Positions 1-9,875 of a stretch of 64,000 bases of DNA are shown one piece after another. Made by a program: the position numbers and the translations under genes. The first letter of the stretch is position 1. Each line of letters starts with the position of its first letter. The notes beneath the pieces were generated by a model. The model worked only from the letters and a program-made list of their open reading frames with translations, was not told where the DNA came from and searched no databases. Where the stretch lies: positions 2,752,001-2,816,000 of the forward strand of contig OY970399.1 of assembly GCA_963720545.1 (NCBI GenBank), written 5' to 3'. This DNA is from an uncultured Acidobacteriota bacterium (lineage in GTDB: Bacteria; Acidobacteriota; Vicinamibacteria; Fen-336).

Positions 1-512
1 TCGCCCAGGAAAAGGGCGGCGCGCGCGGCTGGAAGAACGCGTGGGCCAACGGCGGCGTGCCGGCGCTGCTCGCGGTGCTGGCCGGCATCCACGCCGCCGC
101 CCTCGGCGGCCTCGACAAGGCAGTGCTGTTCGCCATCGCCTACGCCGCCGCGGTCGCGACCGCAGCCGCCGACACCTGTTCCTCGGAAGTGGGTAAGGCG
201 TACGGCCGCCGCACGTTCCTCATCACCACGCTGCGCAGCGTCCCGCCCGGCACCGAGGGCGCCGTCAGCCTCGAAGGCACGCTCGGAGGACTGGCGGGCG
301 GCTTCCTCGTCGCTGCCGTCGGCGCCTTCGGCGGCCTCTACCCGTGGCCGGTCAGCGTGCTGGTCGGCTTCGCGGGCCTTCTCGGCAGCCTCGCGGAGAG
401 CGTCATCGGCACGGTTGCCGAGAAGCGCGGCTGGCTCGACAACGACCTGCTGAACGCGCTCAACACCGCGATCGGCGCGCTGCTCGCGGCGGCGATGACC
501 CGTCTCTTATAA
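1..512 (+). CDS. DUF92/TMEM19 family membrane protein, 5' truncated by window edge
   Basis: Frame open from window start (AQEKGGARGWKNAWANGG...); motifs ADTCSSEVG, VPPGTEGAVSLEGT, GSLAESVIG, NDLLNALNT typical of DUF92. Confidence 0.88.
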   Translation, partial: AQEKGGARGWKNAWANGGVPALLAVLAGIHAAALGGLDKAVLFAIAYAAAVATAAADTCSSEVGKAYGRRTFLITTLRSVPPGTEGAVSLEGTLGGLAGGFLVAAVGAFGGLYPWPVSVLVGFAGLLGSLAESVIGTVAEKRGWLDNDLLNALNTAIGALLAAAMTRLL

Positions 513-530
513 TCGAGGCCCCCCGACAAC

Positions 531-1442
531 ATGGCGAGCGGCAAAATCTATTCGGAGTTCGCGCGGCCGTTCACGCTGCTGCCGCCGGCGCTGGGCGTGC
601 TGAGCGGTGCCGTTACGGCATGGGGCGCGCACCACACCAAAGAGCCGGTGACCGCGGCGCTGGTCGTGCCGGTGCTGTTCGGCACGCTGATGGCGGCGGT
701 GCTCAATGCCTCCAACAACGCCGTCAACCAGATCTACGACCTCGACATCGACCGCGTCAACAAGCCGGGCCGGCCGCTGCCGAGCGGCCGCCTGAGCCTG
801 CACGACGCGTGGCTCTTCACCATCGCCACCTGCGTGCTCTCCTGGGTGCTCGCGTGGTTCGCCTCGCCGCAGGGCCGCCGCGAGTGCTTCGTCATCGTCG
901 TGTTCACGACGCTCCTGTGCTGGATCTACTCGGCGCCGCCGCTCTGGACCAAGCGCCGCGGCTTCCTCGCCAACCTGACCATCGCGATCCCGCGCGGCGT
1001 GCTGCTGAAGGTCGCCGGCTGGTCCACGGTCAAGACGGTGATGGACGCCGAGCCGTGGTTCATCGGCTCGGTGTTCGGCCTGTTCCTGCTCGGCGCCGCC
1101 TCCACCAAAGACTTCGCCGACATCCCCGGCGACCGGGCGGGCGGCTGCCGCACGCTGCCGATCCTCTACGGCGTGAAGAAGGCCGCATGGCTCATCGCAC
1201 CCTTCTTCGTCCTGCCGTTCTTCCTCATCCCGATCGGGGTGGGCGCAGGCATCCTCACCGGCAACGCGCTGCTGCTGAACGTGTTGGGCGCCCTGCTCAT
1301 CGTCTACGGCTGCTACACGGTCTACCTGCTGGTGCGCCGGCCCGACGACCTCGCGACCACCGAGAACCACCCCTCGTGGACGCACATGTACCGGATGATG
1401 ATGCTGGCGCAGGTTGGCTTCGCGCTCGCCTACTTGTTCTAG
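531..1442 (+). CDS. UbiA-family prenyltransferase
   Basis: NQIYDLDIDRVNKPGRPLPSG first Asp-rich motif, YSAPP, KDFADIPGD second motif; multiple TM helices. Confidence 0.9.
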   Translation: MASGKIYSEFARPFTLLPPALGVLSGAVTAWGAHHTKEPVTAALVVPVLFGTLMAAVLNASNNAVNQIYDLDIDRVNKPGRPLPSGRLSLHDAWLFTIATCVLSWVLAWFASPQGRRECFVIVVFTTLLCWIYSAPPLWTKRRGFLANLTIAIPRGVLLKVAGWSTVKTVMDAEPWFIGSVFGLFLLGAASTKDFADIPGDRAGGCRTLPILYGVKKAAWLIAPFFVLPFFLIPIGVGAGILTGNALLLNVLGALLIVYGCYTVYLLVRRPDDLATTENHPSWTHMYRMMMLAQVGFALAYLF

Positions 1443-1973
1443 CTAGTCGGCGTCGGCGTACTCGCCGACCACGACACGCGCGTGGCGCACCATGTGGCCG
1501 TCGAGCTTGTAGCCGCGCACGATCTCGCGCAGCACGTAGTGGTGGCGTTCGGGATCGTCGACGCCTTCCATCTGCACTGCCTCGGCGATTTCCGGGTCGA
1601 ACACCTTGCCGATCACCGGCACCCGCTCCAGGCCCTCGCTCTGCAGCACCGACACCAGCTGGTTGCGCACCAGGATCAGCCCCTCGGCCAGGCGTTCGTC
1701 CACACCCGTGCCCTGCGCGGCTTCGAGCGCGCGGTCGAGGTTGTCGAGGACCTCGATGAAGCGCAGCAGCAGGACCTCGCGCTCCTGGCTGAACTGCAGT
1801 TCGGCGTTTCGCACCTGGCGTTCGCGCAGCGTCTGGGTTTCCGCGCGCAGTGCGCGGATGCCCTCGAGGGCTTCGCCGAGCCGGCTCTCCGCAAGCTCCG
1901 CGCGCTGGCGATAGCCTTCCAGGTTCTTGCGCAGCGCGTCGGATTCTTGTGGAGTTCTCGGGGTTTCGGTCAT
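1443..1973 (-). CDS. grpE: Nucleotide exchange factor GrpE
   Basis: EVLDNLDRAL, GKVFDPEIAEAV, RGYKLDGHMVRHARVVV; ATG at 1973. Confidence 0.88.
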   Translation of the reverse strand: MTETPRTPQESDALRKNLEGYRQRAELAESRLGEALEGIRALRAETQTLRERQVRNAELQFSQEREVLLLRFIEVLDNLDRALEAAQGTGVDERLAEGLILVRNQLVSVLQSEGLERVPVIGKVFDPEIAEAVQMEGVDDPERHHYVLREIVRGYKLDGHMVRHARVVVGEYADAD

Positions 1974-2091
1974 TGCTTGTGGCTGTCGCACGGCCCAACG
2001 AATCGCGTGGATCCAGGTGGTTGCTGAGTATAGCGACAAGCCTGCGAGAGCGCGGCTTTTGTCTCCGGCCGCGTGCGACCCGGATCACAAC

Positions 2092-3423
2092 TCAACGCGC
2101 ATATCCCGCGAGCATCAGCGTCACGTCGAGCAGGTTGGTGCCGGTCGGTCCGGTGCGGATCAGGCCGCCGATGGGCTCCAAAAACGATGCAGTGTCGTTC
2201 GCCGCGAGGTAGCTTGCGGGTGCGCGCAGTCCGGCGCGCACCGCCAGTGCCAGCGTCTGCGAGTCGGCGAAGGCGCCGGCAGCATCGCTGTTGCCGTCGA
2301 GGCCGTCGGTCGCGAGCGAGGCCAGCAGCGCCGGCACGCGCAGGGCCGCGAGCGGCTTCGCCGCCGCCACCGCCAGCTCGAGATTGCGGCCGCCGCGGCC
2401 CTGGCCGCGCCGCGTCACCGTCACCTCGCCGCCGGCGATGAGGCAGAGAGCCCGCCCGCCCGGGCGCAGGCCCGCGCTTTCGCGGCGCAGGAGGTTCGCG
2501 AGCCGCACGCCCGCGGCGGCGGCTTCGCCGTGCAGCTGCCGCTCGACGACGCGCGCCCGGAGGCCGCGCCGCCGCGCTGCGCGCAGGGCCGCGTTCACCA
2601 CGATGCGGTTGCTGCCGATGAGGCGCAGGCGCACCCGCCGGAACGCCGCATCGCCCGGCTTCGGCGTTTCGGGAGCTTCCCCGGCCATTCCCCTCGCCAG
2701 GTGGCGCGCGACGTTCGGCGGCGCTGCGATCCGGTGGCGCCGCAGCACCCGCACGGCGTCGGCGTAGGTGGTGGGGTCGGGCGAGAGCATGCCCGACGCG
2801 ATCGCCGCCGGGTCGTCGCCGAGGACATCCGAGAGCAGCAGGCCGCGCACGCTCGCCGCCTTCATGAGGCCCGCGAGACCGCCGCCCTTGAGTCGCGACA
2901 GGTGCCGCCGCACGACATTCATCTCGTTTATGGTGGCGCCGGCGCGCAGCAGGCTGTCGGTCAGCGCGCGCTTGTCGTCGAGGGTGACGCCCGCGACCGG
3001 CGCCGGCAGCAGCGCCGACGAACCGCCAGAGAGGAGCGCCAGCACCACGTCCTTCGCTTCGAGGCCGCGCGCCAGCATCTCGACCTGGTGAGCCGCGCGC
3101 ATGCCGCGCTCGTCGGGCAGGGGATGGGAGGTGATGAGGAGCGGCAGCCGCCGCAGCGGCACCGTGCCGGGCGCCTGGGCCACGACGATGCCGGCGTCGA
3201 TGCGCGAGCGCAACACCGATTCGGCCGCGGCCGCCATCAACGCCGCTGCCTTGCCGATGGCGACGATCACCAGCCGGCCGCCGCGCGGCACCGCCACCGG
3301 CCGCGCGCGCAGCTCGTCACGGACGAGGGCGAAGGGGTCGGCGGCGCGGCGCACCGCGGCCAGGATCGAGGACGCCTGGCGGCGCAGGAACAGCAGGTCG
3401 CGCCGCAATGCGGCGGGCTTCAG
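2092..3423 (-). CDS. Glycerate 2-kinase (GckA/TtuD, DUF4147+MOFRL); start uncertain
   Basis: IGKAAALM, HPLPD, LLSGGSSAL, RRHLSRLKGG, SDVLGDD, GGEVTV, GRGGRN, TDGLDG, TGTNLLD. Confidence 0.9.
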   Translation of the reverse strand: MKPAALRRDLLFLRRQASSILAAVRRAADPFALVRDELRARPVAVPRGGRLVIVAIGKAAALMAAAAESVLRSRIDAGIVVAQAPGTVPLRRLPLLITSHPLPDERGMRAAHQVEMLARGLEAKDVVLALLSGGSSALLPAPVAGVTLDDKRALTDSLLRAGATINEMNVVRRHLSRLKGGGLAGLMKAASVRGLLLSDVLGDDPAAIASGMLSPDPTTYADAVRVLRRHRIAAPPNVARHLARGMAGEAPETPKPGDAAFRRVRLRLIGSNRIVVNAALRAARRRGLRARVVERQLHGEAAAAGVRLANLLRRESAGLRPGGRALCLIAGGEVTVTRRGQGRGGRNLELAVAAAKPLAALRVPALLASLATDGLDGNSDAAGAFADSQTLALAVRAGLRAPASYLAANDTASFLEPIGGLIRTGPTGTNLLDVTLMLAGYAR

Positions 3424-3674
3424 TTGGCCCGAACGCCGCGCGTTTCGGAGAGGCGGGTGAGGGTGTCGAAGTTCCTGAGGAGCGCTTCGGCCTTGGCGGA
3501 AAATCCGTTCTGGCAGCACACCGCGGGCAGGTCGTCGCAAACCCGGCGCCAGGCCTTGTCCATGGCATCCCGGCGGGCTGCGGTCACGAGCCCGCTTTGA
3601 TCCAGGCACTGCAGGTGCTTCGTGAACTCTTCACGGTAGAAGTCCGTCAGTGCGCGGGTCTTGTCGATTTCCAC
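3420..3674 (-). CDS. Small hypothetical protein (84 aa)
   Basis: GTG start preceded by GAGGTG SD-like; MEIDKTRALTDFYREEF...; fills the gap between tsaD and glycerate kinase. Confidence 0.65.
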   Translation of the reverse strand: MEIDKTRALTDFYREEFTKHLQCLDQSGLVTAARRDAMDKAWRRVCDDLPAVCCQNGFSAKAEALLRNFDTLTRLSETRGVRAN

Positions 3675-3745
3675 AGGCCTTGGGGCACCTCTTCTTCGAG
3701 CGTAGCCGCACCCCGGTGCCTTGTCAACGATTGTGAACGTTCGTC

Positions 3746-4780
3746 TCAAAACATGGCCAGCTGGGGGTCGGCGTCGAGGCTCCAGTCGGCTCGCAAGCCG
3801 TTGGTGAAGTTGACGTAGCCCGCGGCGCCGATCATCGCGGCATTGTCGGTGGAAAGTGCGATCGGCGGCACATGGAGCGGCAATCGCAGCGCGGCGGCGG
3901 CCGCCGCGGCCTCCTTGCGCAGCAGCGAATTGGCGGCGACCCCGCCGCTCAGGATCAGGCTTCGTGGCCGGCGTTCCCGGGCGGCCTGGGTGAGCGCCGC
4001 GACCAGGGCATCGACGGCGGCGCGCTGGAACGAAGCGACCAGGTCCTTCACCGCGGCGCTTGCGTGTGACGAATCCGTGACGGGCTCGATGCCGGTCTTG
4101 CGCACGTGGTGCAGCACCGCGGTCTTGAGCCCGCTGAAGGAAAAGCCGGGCTGGCCGTCGCTCATCTTCGGCCGGCGGAATGCCACCGCGCGCGGGTTGA
4201 CGCCGGGCTCACGGCTCAGCTTGTCGATGATCGGGCCGCCGGGGTAGCCGAGGCCGAGGAGCTTCGCCACCTTGTCGAACGCCTCGCCGGCGGCGTCGTC
4301 GCGGGTCTTGCGCAGCAGCACGTAGGTGCCGAGCTGCGGCAGCTCGAAGAGGCTCGTGTGCCCGCCCGAGACGATGAGCGCCAGCGCCGGCAGTTCGATA
4401 TGCGCGCCGCCGAGGAACGGCGCCATCACATGGCCGGCGATGTGGTGCACCGGCACCAGCGGCTTGCGGGCGCCGAAGGCGATCGACTTCGCGGCTTCGA
4501 TGCCGACGAGCAGCGAGCCGACGAGGCCGGGCCCCTGCGTCACCGCGACCGCGTCGAGCGCGTCGAAGCCGAGCTGAGCTTCGGCCATGGCGGCGGCGAT
4601 CACCGGCCGCAGGTTCTCGAGGTGATGGCGTGCCGCCAGCTCCGGCACGACGCCGCCGTGCGGCGAGTGCAGCGCCGCCTGCGTCGCGACGATGTTGGAG
4701 AGCACCCGCCGCCCGTCCGCGATCACCGCCGCCGCGGTCTCGTCGCAGGAGGTCTCGATGGCGAGGAGCTTCACGCTCAC
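3746..4780 (-). CDS. tsaD: tRNA N6-adenosine threonylcarbamoyltransferase TsaD
   Basis: LAIETSCDETAAA, GGVVPELAARHH, HHIAGH, SGGHT, DDAAGEAFDK, FSFSGLKT, TDNAAMI; GTG at 4780 or 4774. Confidence 0.97.
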   Translation of the reverse strand: MSVKLLAIETSCDETAAAVIADGRRVLSNIVATQAALHSPHGGVVPELAARHHLENLRPVIAAAMAEAQLGFDALDAVAVTQGPGLVGSLLVGIEAAKSIAFGARKPLVPVHHIAGHVMAPFLGGAHIELPALALIVSGGHTSLFELPQLGTYVLLRKTRDDAAGEAFDKVAKLLGLGYPGGPIIDKLSREPGVNPRAVAFRRPKMSDGQPGFSFSGLKTAVLHHVRKTGIEPVTDSSHASAAVKDLVASFQRAAVDALVAALTQAARERRPRSLILSGGVAANSLLRKEAAAAAAALRLPLHVPPIALSTDNAAMIGAAGYVNFTNGLRADWSLDADPQLAMF

Positions 4781-5826
4781 AGCGACGCGTGCGGCTCGAC
4801 CAGCTCGGCGAGGCTGCGCTCGTAGGGCGGAAAGGCGATGCCGCGCTCGGTGACGATGGCGCTCACGAAGCGGTGCGGCGTGACGTCGAACGCGGGGTTG
4901 CGCACCGCGACGCCCTCGGGCGCCATGCGCACGCCGCCGTGGTGCGTGATCTCGTCCGCGCCCCGCTCCTCGATCGCAATCGCGGCGCCGTTCGGCGTCT
5001 TGAGGTCGAGCGTCGAGATGGGCGCCGCGACGTAGAACGGCAGGCCGTGCTCCTTCGCGAGCACCGCCACCGTGTAGGTGCCGATCTTGTTGGCGACGTC
5101 GCCGTTGGCGGCGATCCGGTCGGCGCCGACCACGATCGCGTCGATCTCGCCGCGCGCCATCAGGTGGCCCGCCATGTTGTCGGCGATGAGCGTCGTCGCG
5201 ATGCCGTCGCGCAACAGCTCCCACGCCGTCAGGCGCGCGCCCTGCAGGTACGGGCGGGTCTCGTCGGCAAAGACCTGCAGCACGTTGCCGTCGCGCGCCG
5301 CCGAACGGATGACGCCGAGCGCGGTGCCGTAGCCCGCGGTCGCGAGGCCGCCGGCGTTGCAATGCGTGAGGATGCGCGACGGAGCGGTGAAGAGCGTGGC
5401 GCCGAGGTCGCCCATGCGCCGGCACGCGGCGAGATCCTCGGTTTCGATCGCGTGCGCCTCGCCTTGCAGTGCCTGCGCGAGCGCGGCGCCGTCCTGTCCC
5501 GCTGCCAGCTCGGCGTGGCGCCGCTGCATGCGCTCGACCGCCCAGGCGAGATTGACGGCGGTGGGCCGCGTCGCCACCAGTTCGGCGCAGGCTGCGGCCA
5601 GGCGTGCCGCACCCAGCGGCGCGGCACCGTTTTCGCGCGCGGCGAGTGCTATGCCGTAAGCCGCCGCGATGCCGATGGCCGGAGCGCCGCGCACCACCAT
5701 GGTGCGGATGGCGTCCGCCACCTCGGACACCGTCGCGCAACGCACCCAGGTCTCCTGCGAAGGGAGCTTGCGCTGGTCGAGCATCAGGACGGCGCCTTCG
5801 GGATCCCAGCGGACGGGTGCGATCAA
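4777..5826 (-). CDS. mtnA: S-methyl-5-thioribose-1-phosphate isomerase
   Basis: VRGAPAIG, RPTAVNL, THCNAGGLATAGYGTALG, ETRPYLQGARLT, ANKIGTY, NPAFDVTP. Confidence 0.97.
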   Translation of the reverse strand: MIAPVRWDPEGAVLMLDQRKLPSQETWVRCATVSEVADAIRTMVVRGAPAIGIAAAYGIALAARENGAAPLGAARLAAACAELVATRPTAVNLAWAVERMQRRHAELAAGQDGAALAQALQGEAHAIETEDLAACRRMGDLGATLFTAPSRILTHCNAGGLATAGYGTALGVIRSAARDGNVLQVFADETRPYLQGARLTAWELLRDGIATTLIADNMAGHLMARGEIDAIVVGADRIAANGDVANKIGTYTVAVLAKEHGLPFYVAAPISTLDLKTPNGAAIAIEERGADEITHHGGVRMAPEGVAVRNPAFDVTPHRFVSAIVTERGIAFPPYERSLAELVEPHASL

Positions 5827-5873
5827 AGATTGGCCTCTCCTCGATGCTAGTATGCCCGGCTCCGATCCTCTCC

Positions 5874-7121
5874 ATGAGCGCCGAGCCTGCCCTCACCGTC
5901 TCCGCCGCACTGAACGCTGTCCTCGCGCGCGCCGCGCCGCTCGGCAACGAGCACGTCGCGCTCGAGGGCGTGCTGGGACGGGTGCTCACCGAAGCCATCC
6001 CCGCGGACATCGACATGCCGCCCTTCGACCGTTCGGCGATGGACGGCTTCGCGCTGCGCGCCGCCGACGCCGGTGCCGTGCCCGCGCGCCTGCGGGTCAT
6101 CGGCGAGGTGCGTGCCGGAGAGCAGTCGAGCCTCACGGTGGGACCCGGCGAGGCGGTCGCGATCATGACCGGCGCGCCGGTGCCGGCGGGCGCCGACGCG
6201 GTGCAGCAGGTGGAGAAGACCGCGGCGGGCGGCGGCTTCGTCGAGATCCTCGCGACCGTCGAGAGGGGCGCCAACATCGCGCCGATGGGCAGCGAGGTGC
6301 GCGCCGGCCACGAGATCCTGGCTCCCGGCCGCGTCATCGACCCCTCGACGGTTGCCGTGCTGGCGGCGGTGGGGCGGCATCACGTGCTCGTCGGCAAGCG
6401 GCCGACCGTTGCGATCCTCGCCACCGGCGACGAACTCGTGGCTTATCACCAACGGCCCGCGGCCGCGCAAATCCGCAACAGCAACGGCCCGACGCTGCGG
6501 GCGCAGGCGCTCTGGGCCGGAGCGCACGCCGTCGTGCTCGGCACCGCCCGCGACAACGAAGAGGCCCTCGTGCACGCGATGGAGCCGGGCCTCGACGCCG
6601 ACATCCTGGTGGTGTCGGGCGGCGTCTCGGCCGGCGCCTACGACCTCGTCGAAGACATCTTCGACAAGCTCGGCGTCATCGTGGAATTCCGCCGCGTCGC
6701 GATCAAGCCTGGCGCGCCGCTCGTCTTCGGGCACCGCGGCAAGGCGCTCGTCTTTGGCTTGCCGGGAAACCCGGTATCGACACAGGTCACGTTCGACCTG
6801 TTCGTGCGGCCCGCCATCCTCAGTATGCAGGGCGCCGCGGTGCTGGCGCGTCCGGCCGTTTCCGTGGTGCTCGCGGAGGCCGTCACCAACCGCTCGGGGC
6901 GCGAAGCACACCTGCCGGCGTTCGTGCGCAGTGTCGGCGGCCGGTTCGTCGCCGCCGTGCTGCCCTCGCGCGGCTCGGCCGACATCGTGCGCCACGCGCA
7001 CGCCAATGCGCTCGTGGTGATGCCCGCGGACCGCGTCGCGGCCGGCGCCGGCGAAATGGCGCCCGCCATCCTCATGGGAGCATTCCTCGAGAGGGGCGAT
7101 GGCAACAGCGAAGACATCTAG
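5874..7121 (+). CDS. moeA: Molybdopterin molybdenumtransferase MoeA
   Basis: PPFDRSAMDGFA, IMTGAPVP, TGDEL, SGGVSAG, KPGAP, LPGNPVS. Confidence 0.96.
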   Translation: MSAEPALTVSAALNAVLARAAPLGNEHVALEGVLGRVLTEAIPADIDMPPFDRSAMDGFALRAADAGAVPARLRVIGEVRAGEQSSLTVGPGEAVAIMTGAPVPAGADAVQQVEKTAAGGGFVEILATVERGANIAPMGSEVRAGHEILAPGRVIDPSTVAVLAAVGRHHVLVGKRPTVAILATGDELVAYHQRPAAAQIRNSNGPTLRAQALWAGAHAVVLGTARDNEEALVHAMEPGLDADILVVSGGVSAGAYDLVEDIFDKLGVIVEFRRVAIKPGAPLVFGHRGKALVFGLPGNPVSTQVTFDLFVRPAILSMQGAAVLARPAVSVVLAEAVTNRSGREAHLPAFVRSVGGRFVAAVLPSRGSADIVRHAHANALVVMPADRVAAGAGEMAPAILMGAFLERGDGNSEDI

Positions 7122-7620
7122 GGCAGGCGGCAAGGCCGCGAAACGACTGAGCCACGTCGACGCGCGCGGTGCCGTGCGCATGGTCGACGTCTCGCACAAG
7201 GACGCGAGCGTGCGCACCGCGGTGGCGCGCGGGCGGATCCGCATGAGCCCCGCTGCGGCGAAGCTCGCCGCCGCGAACCGCCTCGCGAAAGGCGGCGTCG
7301 TCGAAGTGGCGCGGCTCGCCGGCATCCAGGCCGCAAAGGCGACGTCGCAGGCGATCCCGCTCTGTCATCCGCTGGCTCTCAGCCACGTCGACGTCGCGAT
7401 AGCACCGCGGCGCGACGGTTTCGTGGTGGAGGCGCGGGTGCGCGCCGAGGCGAAGACCGGCGCCGAGATGGAGGCGTTGCACGCGGTGGCGGTCGCGGCG
7501 CTCACGCTCTACGACATGGTGAAGGCGGTGGACAAGTCGATGGTCATCGGCGAGATCCGGGTGATGCGCAAGACCGGCGGAACCAGCGGCGACTACAGTG
7601 CCCGCGGCCGCAAGCGCTAG
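7099..7620 (+). CDS. moaC: Cyclic pyranopterin monophosphate synthase MoaC
   Basis: LSHVD..G.VRMVDVS, AGIQAAK, IPLCHPL, TGAEMEAL, LYDMVKAVD. Confidence 0.97.
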   Translation: MATAKTSRAGGKAAKRLSHVDARGAVRMVDVSHKDASVRTAVARGRIRMSPAAAKLAAANRLAKGGVVEVARLAGIQAAKATSQAIPLCHPLALSHVDVAIAPRRDGFVVEARVRAEAKTGAEMEALHAVAVAALTLYDMVKAVDKSMVIGEIRVMRKTGGTSGDYSARGRKR

Positions 7621-9700
7621 GGCAGCCCGCCTGCTCCCTTACCCGCAGGCGCCGCGCCTTGCGCACGTCGACGACTACCACGGCGTCGAGGTCGCCGATC
7701 CCTACCGCTGGCTCGAGGAGCCGGACAGCCCGCAGCTCCGCGAGTGGATCGCGGCGCAGAACGCGCTGACCGAGTCGTTTCTCGCGCAGGTGCCGCAGCG
7801 CGCCGCCATCAAGGCGCGGCTGACGAAACTCTGGAACTACGAGCGCTGGTCGCTGCCGTCGAAGGAGGGCGGGCGCTACTACTACGGCCGCAACGACGGA
7901 CTGCAGAACCAGAACGTGATCCTGGTGAGCGACACTCTCGACGGCGCCGGCGATGCGCGGGTCTTCATCGACCCGAATGAGCTTTCCGCCGACGGCACCC
8001 TGGCGCTCGGCGGGCTCAACGCCAGCAAGGACGGCCGCTACGCCGCCTACGCGACCGCGCTAGCCGGCTCCGACTGGCACGTGTGGCGCGTGCGCGACAT
8101 GGCCTCGGGCCAGGACCTTGCCGACCGCGTCGAGTGGAGCAAGTTCTCGGTCGCGGCCTGGAGCGGCGACTCGAAGGGCTTCTTCTACGCCGCCTTTCCG
8201 CCGCCAGGAGAAGGCGAGGAGTTCAGCGCCGTGAGCGCCGCGCCCAGGATCATGCATCACCTGGTCGGCACGGCGCAGGCGCAGGACCAGCTCGTCTACG
8301 AACGCCGCGACCAGCCCGAGTGGTACCTGAGCCCGTTCGTCAGCGACGACGATCGCTACCTGCTGATCGCCGTGAATCCGGGCCGGTTGATCCACAACGG
8401 CTTCTTCTACAAGGACCTGCAATCGCCCGGCGCGGCGGTCGTCGAACTCCTGGGCGGATTCGAAGCGCAATACAACTTCATCGGCAACGATGGCCCGCTC
8501 TTCTACATGCAGACCGACCTCGACGCACCGCGCGGCCGCATCGTCGCGATCGACACGCGCACCCCGGACAAGGCGAACTGGACCACGCACATCCCGCAGG
8601 CGGATGAGGCGCTGCTGAAGGCGAGCCTCGTGGGCGGCCACTTCGTGCTGCACTACCTGAAGGACGCGCGGTCGGTGGTGCGCATCTTCGACCGCAACGG
8701 TGCCTTCGTGCGCGAGGTCGAGCTGCCGGGCATCGGCACCGTGGACGGGTTCGACGGCCGGCAGGACGATCCGGAAACCTTCTACCTCTTCACCGGTTTC
8801 ACGACGCCCGCGGCCATCTATCGCTACGACGTCGCGACCGGGACCGGCACGCTCTTCAAGCAGGCGCGGGTCGACTTCGACCCGTCACGGTTCGAGACGA
8901 AGCAGGTGTTCTACGCGAGCAAGGATGGCACCCGCGTGCCGATGTTCCTGACGCACCGCAAGGGACTCGAGCTTGACGGCGCCAACCCGACGATCCTCTA
9001 CGGCTACGGCGGCTTCAACATCCCGCTGACGCCGGCGTTCTCGGTCGCGAACCTGGCGTGGGTCGAGATGGGCGGCGTGCACGCGGTTGCCTGCCTGCGC
9101 GGCGGCGGCGAGTACGGCGAGGCGTGGCACGTCGCCGGCACCCGGCTTCGGAAGCAGAACACCTTCGACGACTTCATCGCCGCCGCCGAATGGCTCACCG
9201 CGAAGAGGTACACGAGCGCCGCGCACCTCGCGATCCAGGGGCGCAGCAACGGCGGCCTGCTGGTGGGCGCCGCGATGACGCAGCGCCCGGAGCTGTTCGC
9301 CGCCGCGCTGCCCGGCGTCGGCGTGCTGGACATGATGCGCTTCCACAAGTTCACCGTCGGCTGGGGCTGGGTGGGCGACTACGGCTCGTCGGACGATCCC
9401 GCCGAGGCGCGGGCGCTGCGCGCCTATTCTCCGTATCACAACCTCGAGGCAGGCTCTTGCTATCCTGCGACCCTGGTGCACACCGCCGACCATGACGACC
9501 GTGTCTATCCCGCCCACAGCTTCAAGTTCGCCGCGGCGCTGCAGCATGCACAGTCGTGCGACCGTCCTGCGCTCATTCGCATCGAGACCCGCGCCGGCCA
9601 CGGCATGGCGACGCCCACGGCCAAGAAGATCGAGGAAACCGCCGACCTCTGGACGTTCCTGGTCGCGGTCCTCGGCATGAACCCGACTCTTGCGGCCTGA
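7598..9700 (+). CDS. Prolyl oligopeptidase (S9A)
   Basis: DPYRWLE, GYGGFN, RGGGEYG, catalytic GRSNGG, DDRV, AGHG. Confidence 0.95.
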   Translation: MPAAASARAARLLPYPQAPRLAHVDDYHGVEVADPYRWLEEPDSPQLREWIAAQNALTESFLAQVPQRAAIKARLTKLWNYERWSLPSKEGGRYYYGRNDGLQNQNVILVSDTLDGAGDARVFIDPNELSADGTLALGGLNASKDGRYAAYATALAGSDWHVWRVRDMASGQDLADRVEWSKFSVAAWSGDSKGFFYAAFPPPGEGEEFSAVSAAPRIMHHLVGTAQAQDQLVYERRDQPEWYLSPFVSDDDRYLLIAVNPGRLIHNGFFYKDLQSPGAAVVELLGGFEAQYNFIGNDGPLFYMQTDLDAPRGRIVAIDTRTPDKANWTTHIPQADEALLKASLVGGHFVLHYLKDARSVVRIFDRNGAFVREVELPGIGTVDGFDGRQDDPETFYLFTGFTTPAAIYRYDVATGTGTLFKQARVDFDPSRFETKQVFYASKDGTRVPMFLTHRKGLELDGANPTILYGYGGFNIPLTPAFSVANLAWVEMGGVHAVACLRGGGEYGEAWHVAGTRLRKQNTFDDFIAAAEWLTAKRYTSAAHLAIQGRSNGGLLVGAAMTQRPELFAAALPGVGVLDMMRFHKFTVGWGWVGDYGSSDDPAEARALRAYSPYHNLEAGSCYPATLVHTADHDDRVYPAHSFKFAAALQHAQSCDRPALIRIETRAGHGMATPTAKKIEETADLWTFLVAVLGMNPTLAA

Positions 9701-9707
9701 CGAACCG

Positions 9708-9875
9708 ATGGCTGTCTGCCCCGAGTGCGACGCAAAGGTCGAAATCGACGAATACGACGTCGACAAGGGCGAAGTCATCTCCTGCCCCGAATGCGGCGTC
9801 GACCTCATCGTCCTGGGCCTGTCCCCCCTGGACCTGGGATTAGCTCCCAGAGAGGACGAGGAATGGCAAGAATGA
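9708..9875 (+). CDS. lysW: LysW-like amino-group carrier/zinc-ribbon protein (55 aa)
   Basis: CPEC...CPECGVDL zinc ribbon, acidic, C-terminus EDEEWQE resembling LysW EDWGE. Confidence 0.75.
   Translation: MAVCPECDAKVEIDEYDVDKGEVISCPECGVDLIVLGLSPLDLGLAPREDEEWQE

Noticed and set aside
3746..6337. 863-aa ORF as a TsaD fusion (likewise 20519-24025, 25149-27140, 12812-15247)
   Set aside because: The N-terminal extensions are off-frame shadows of neighbouring genes in GC-rich DNA; the true starts are internal
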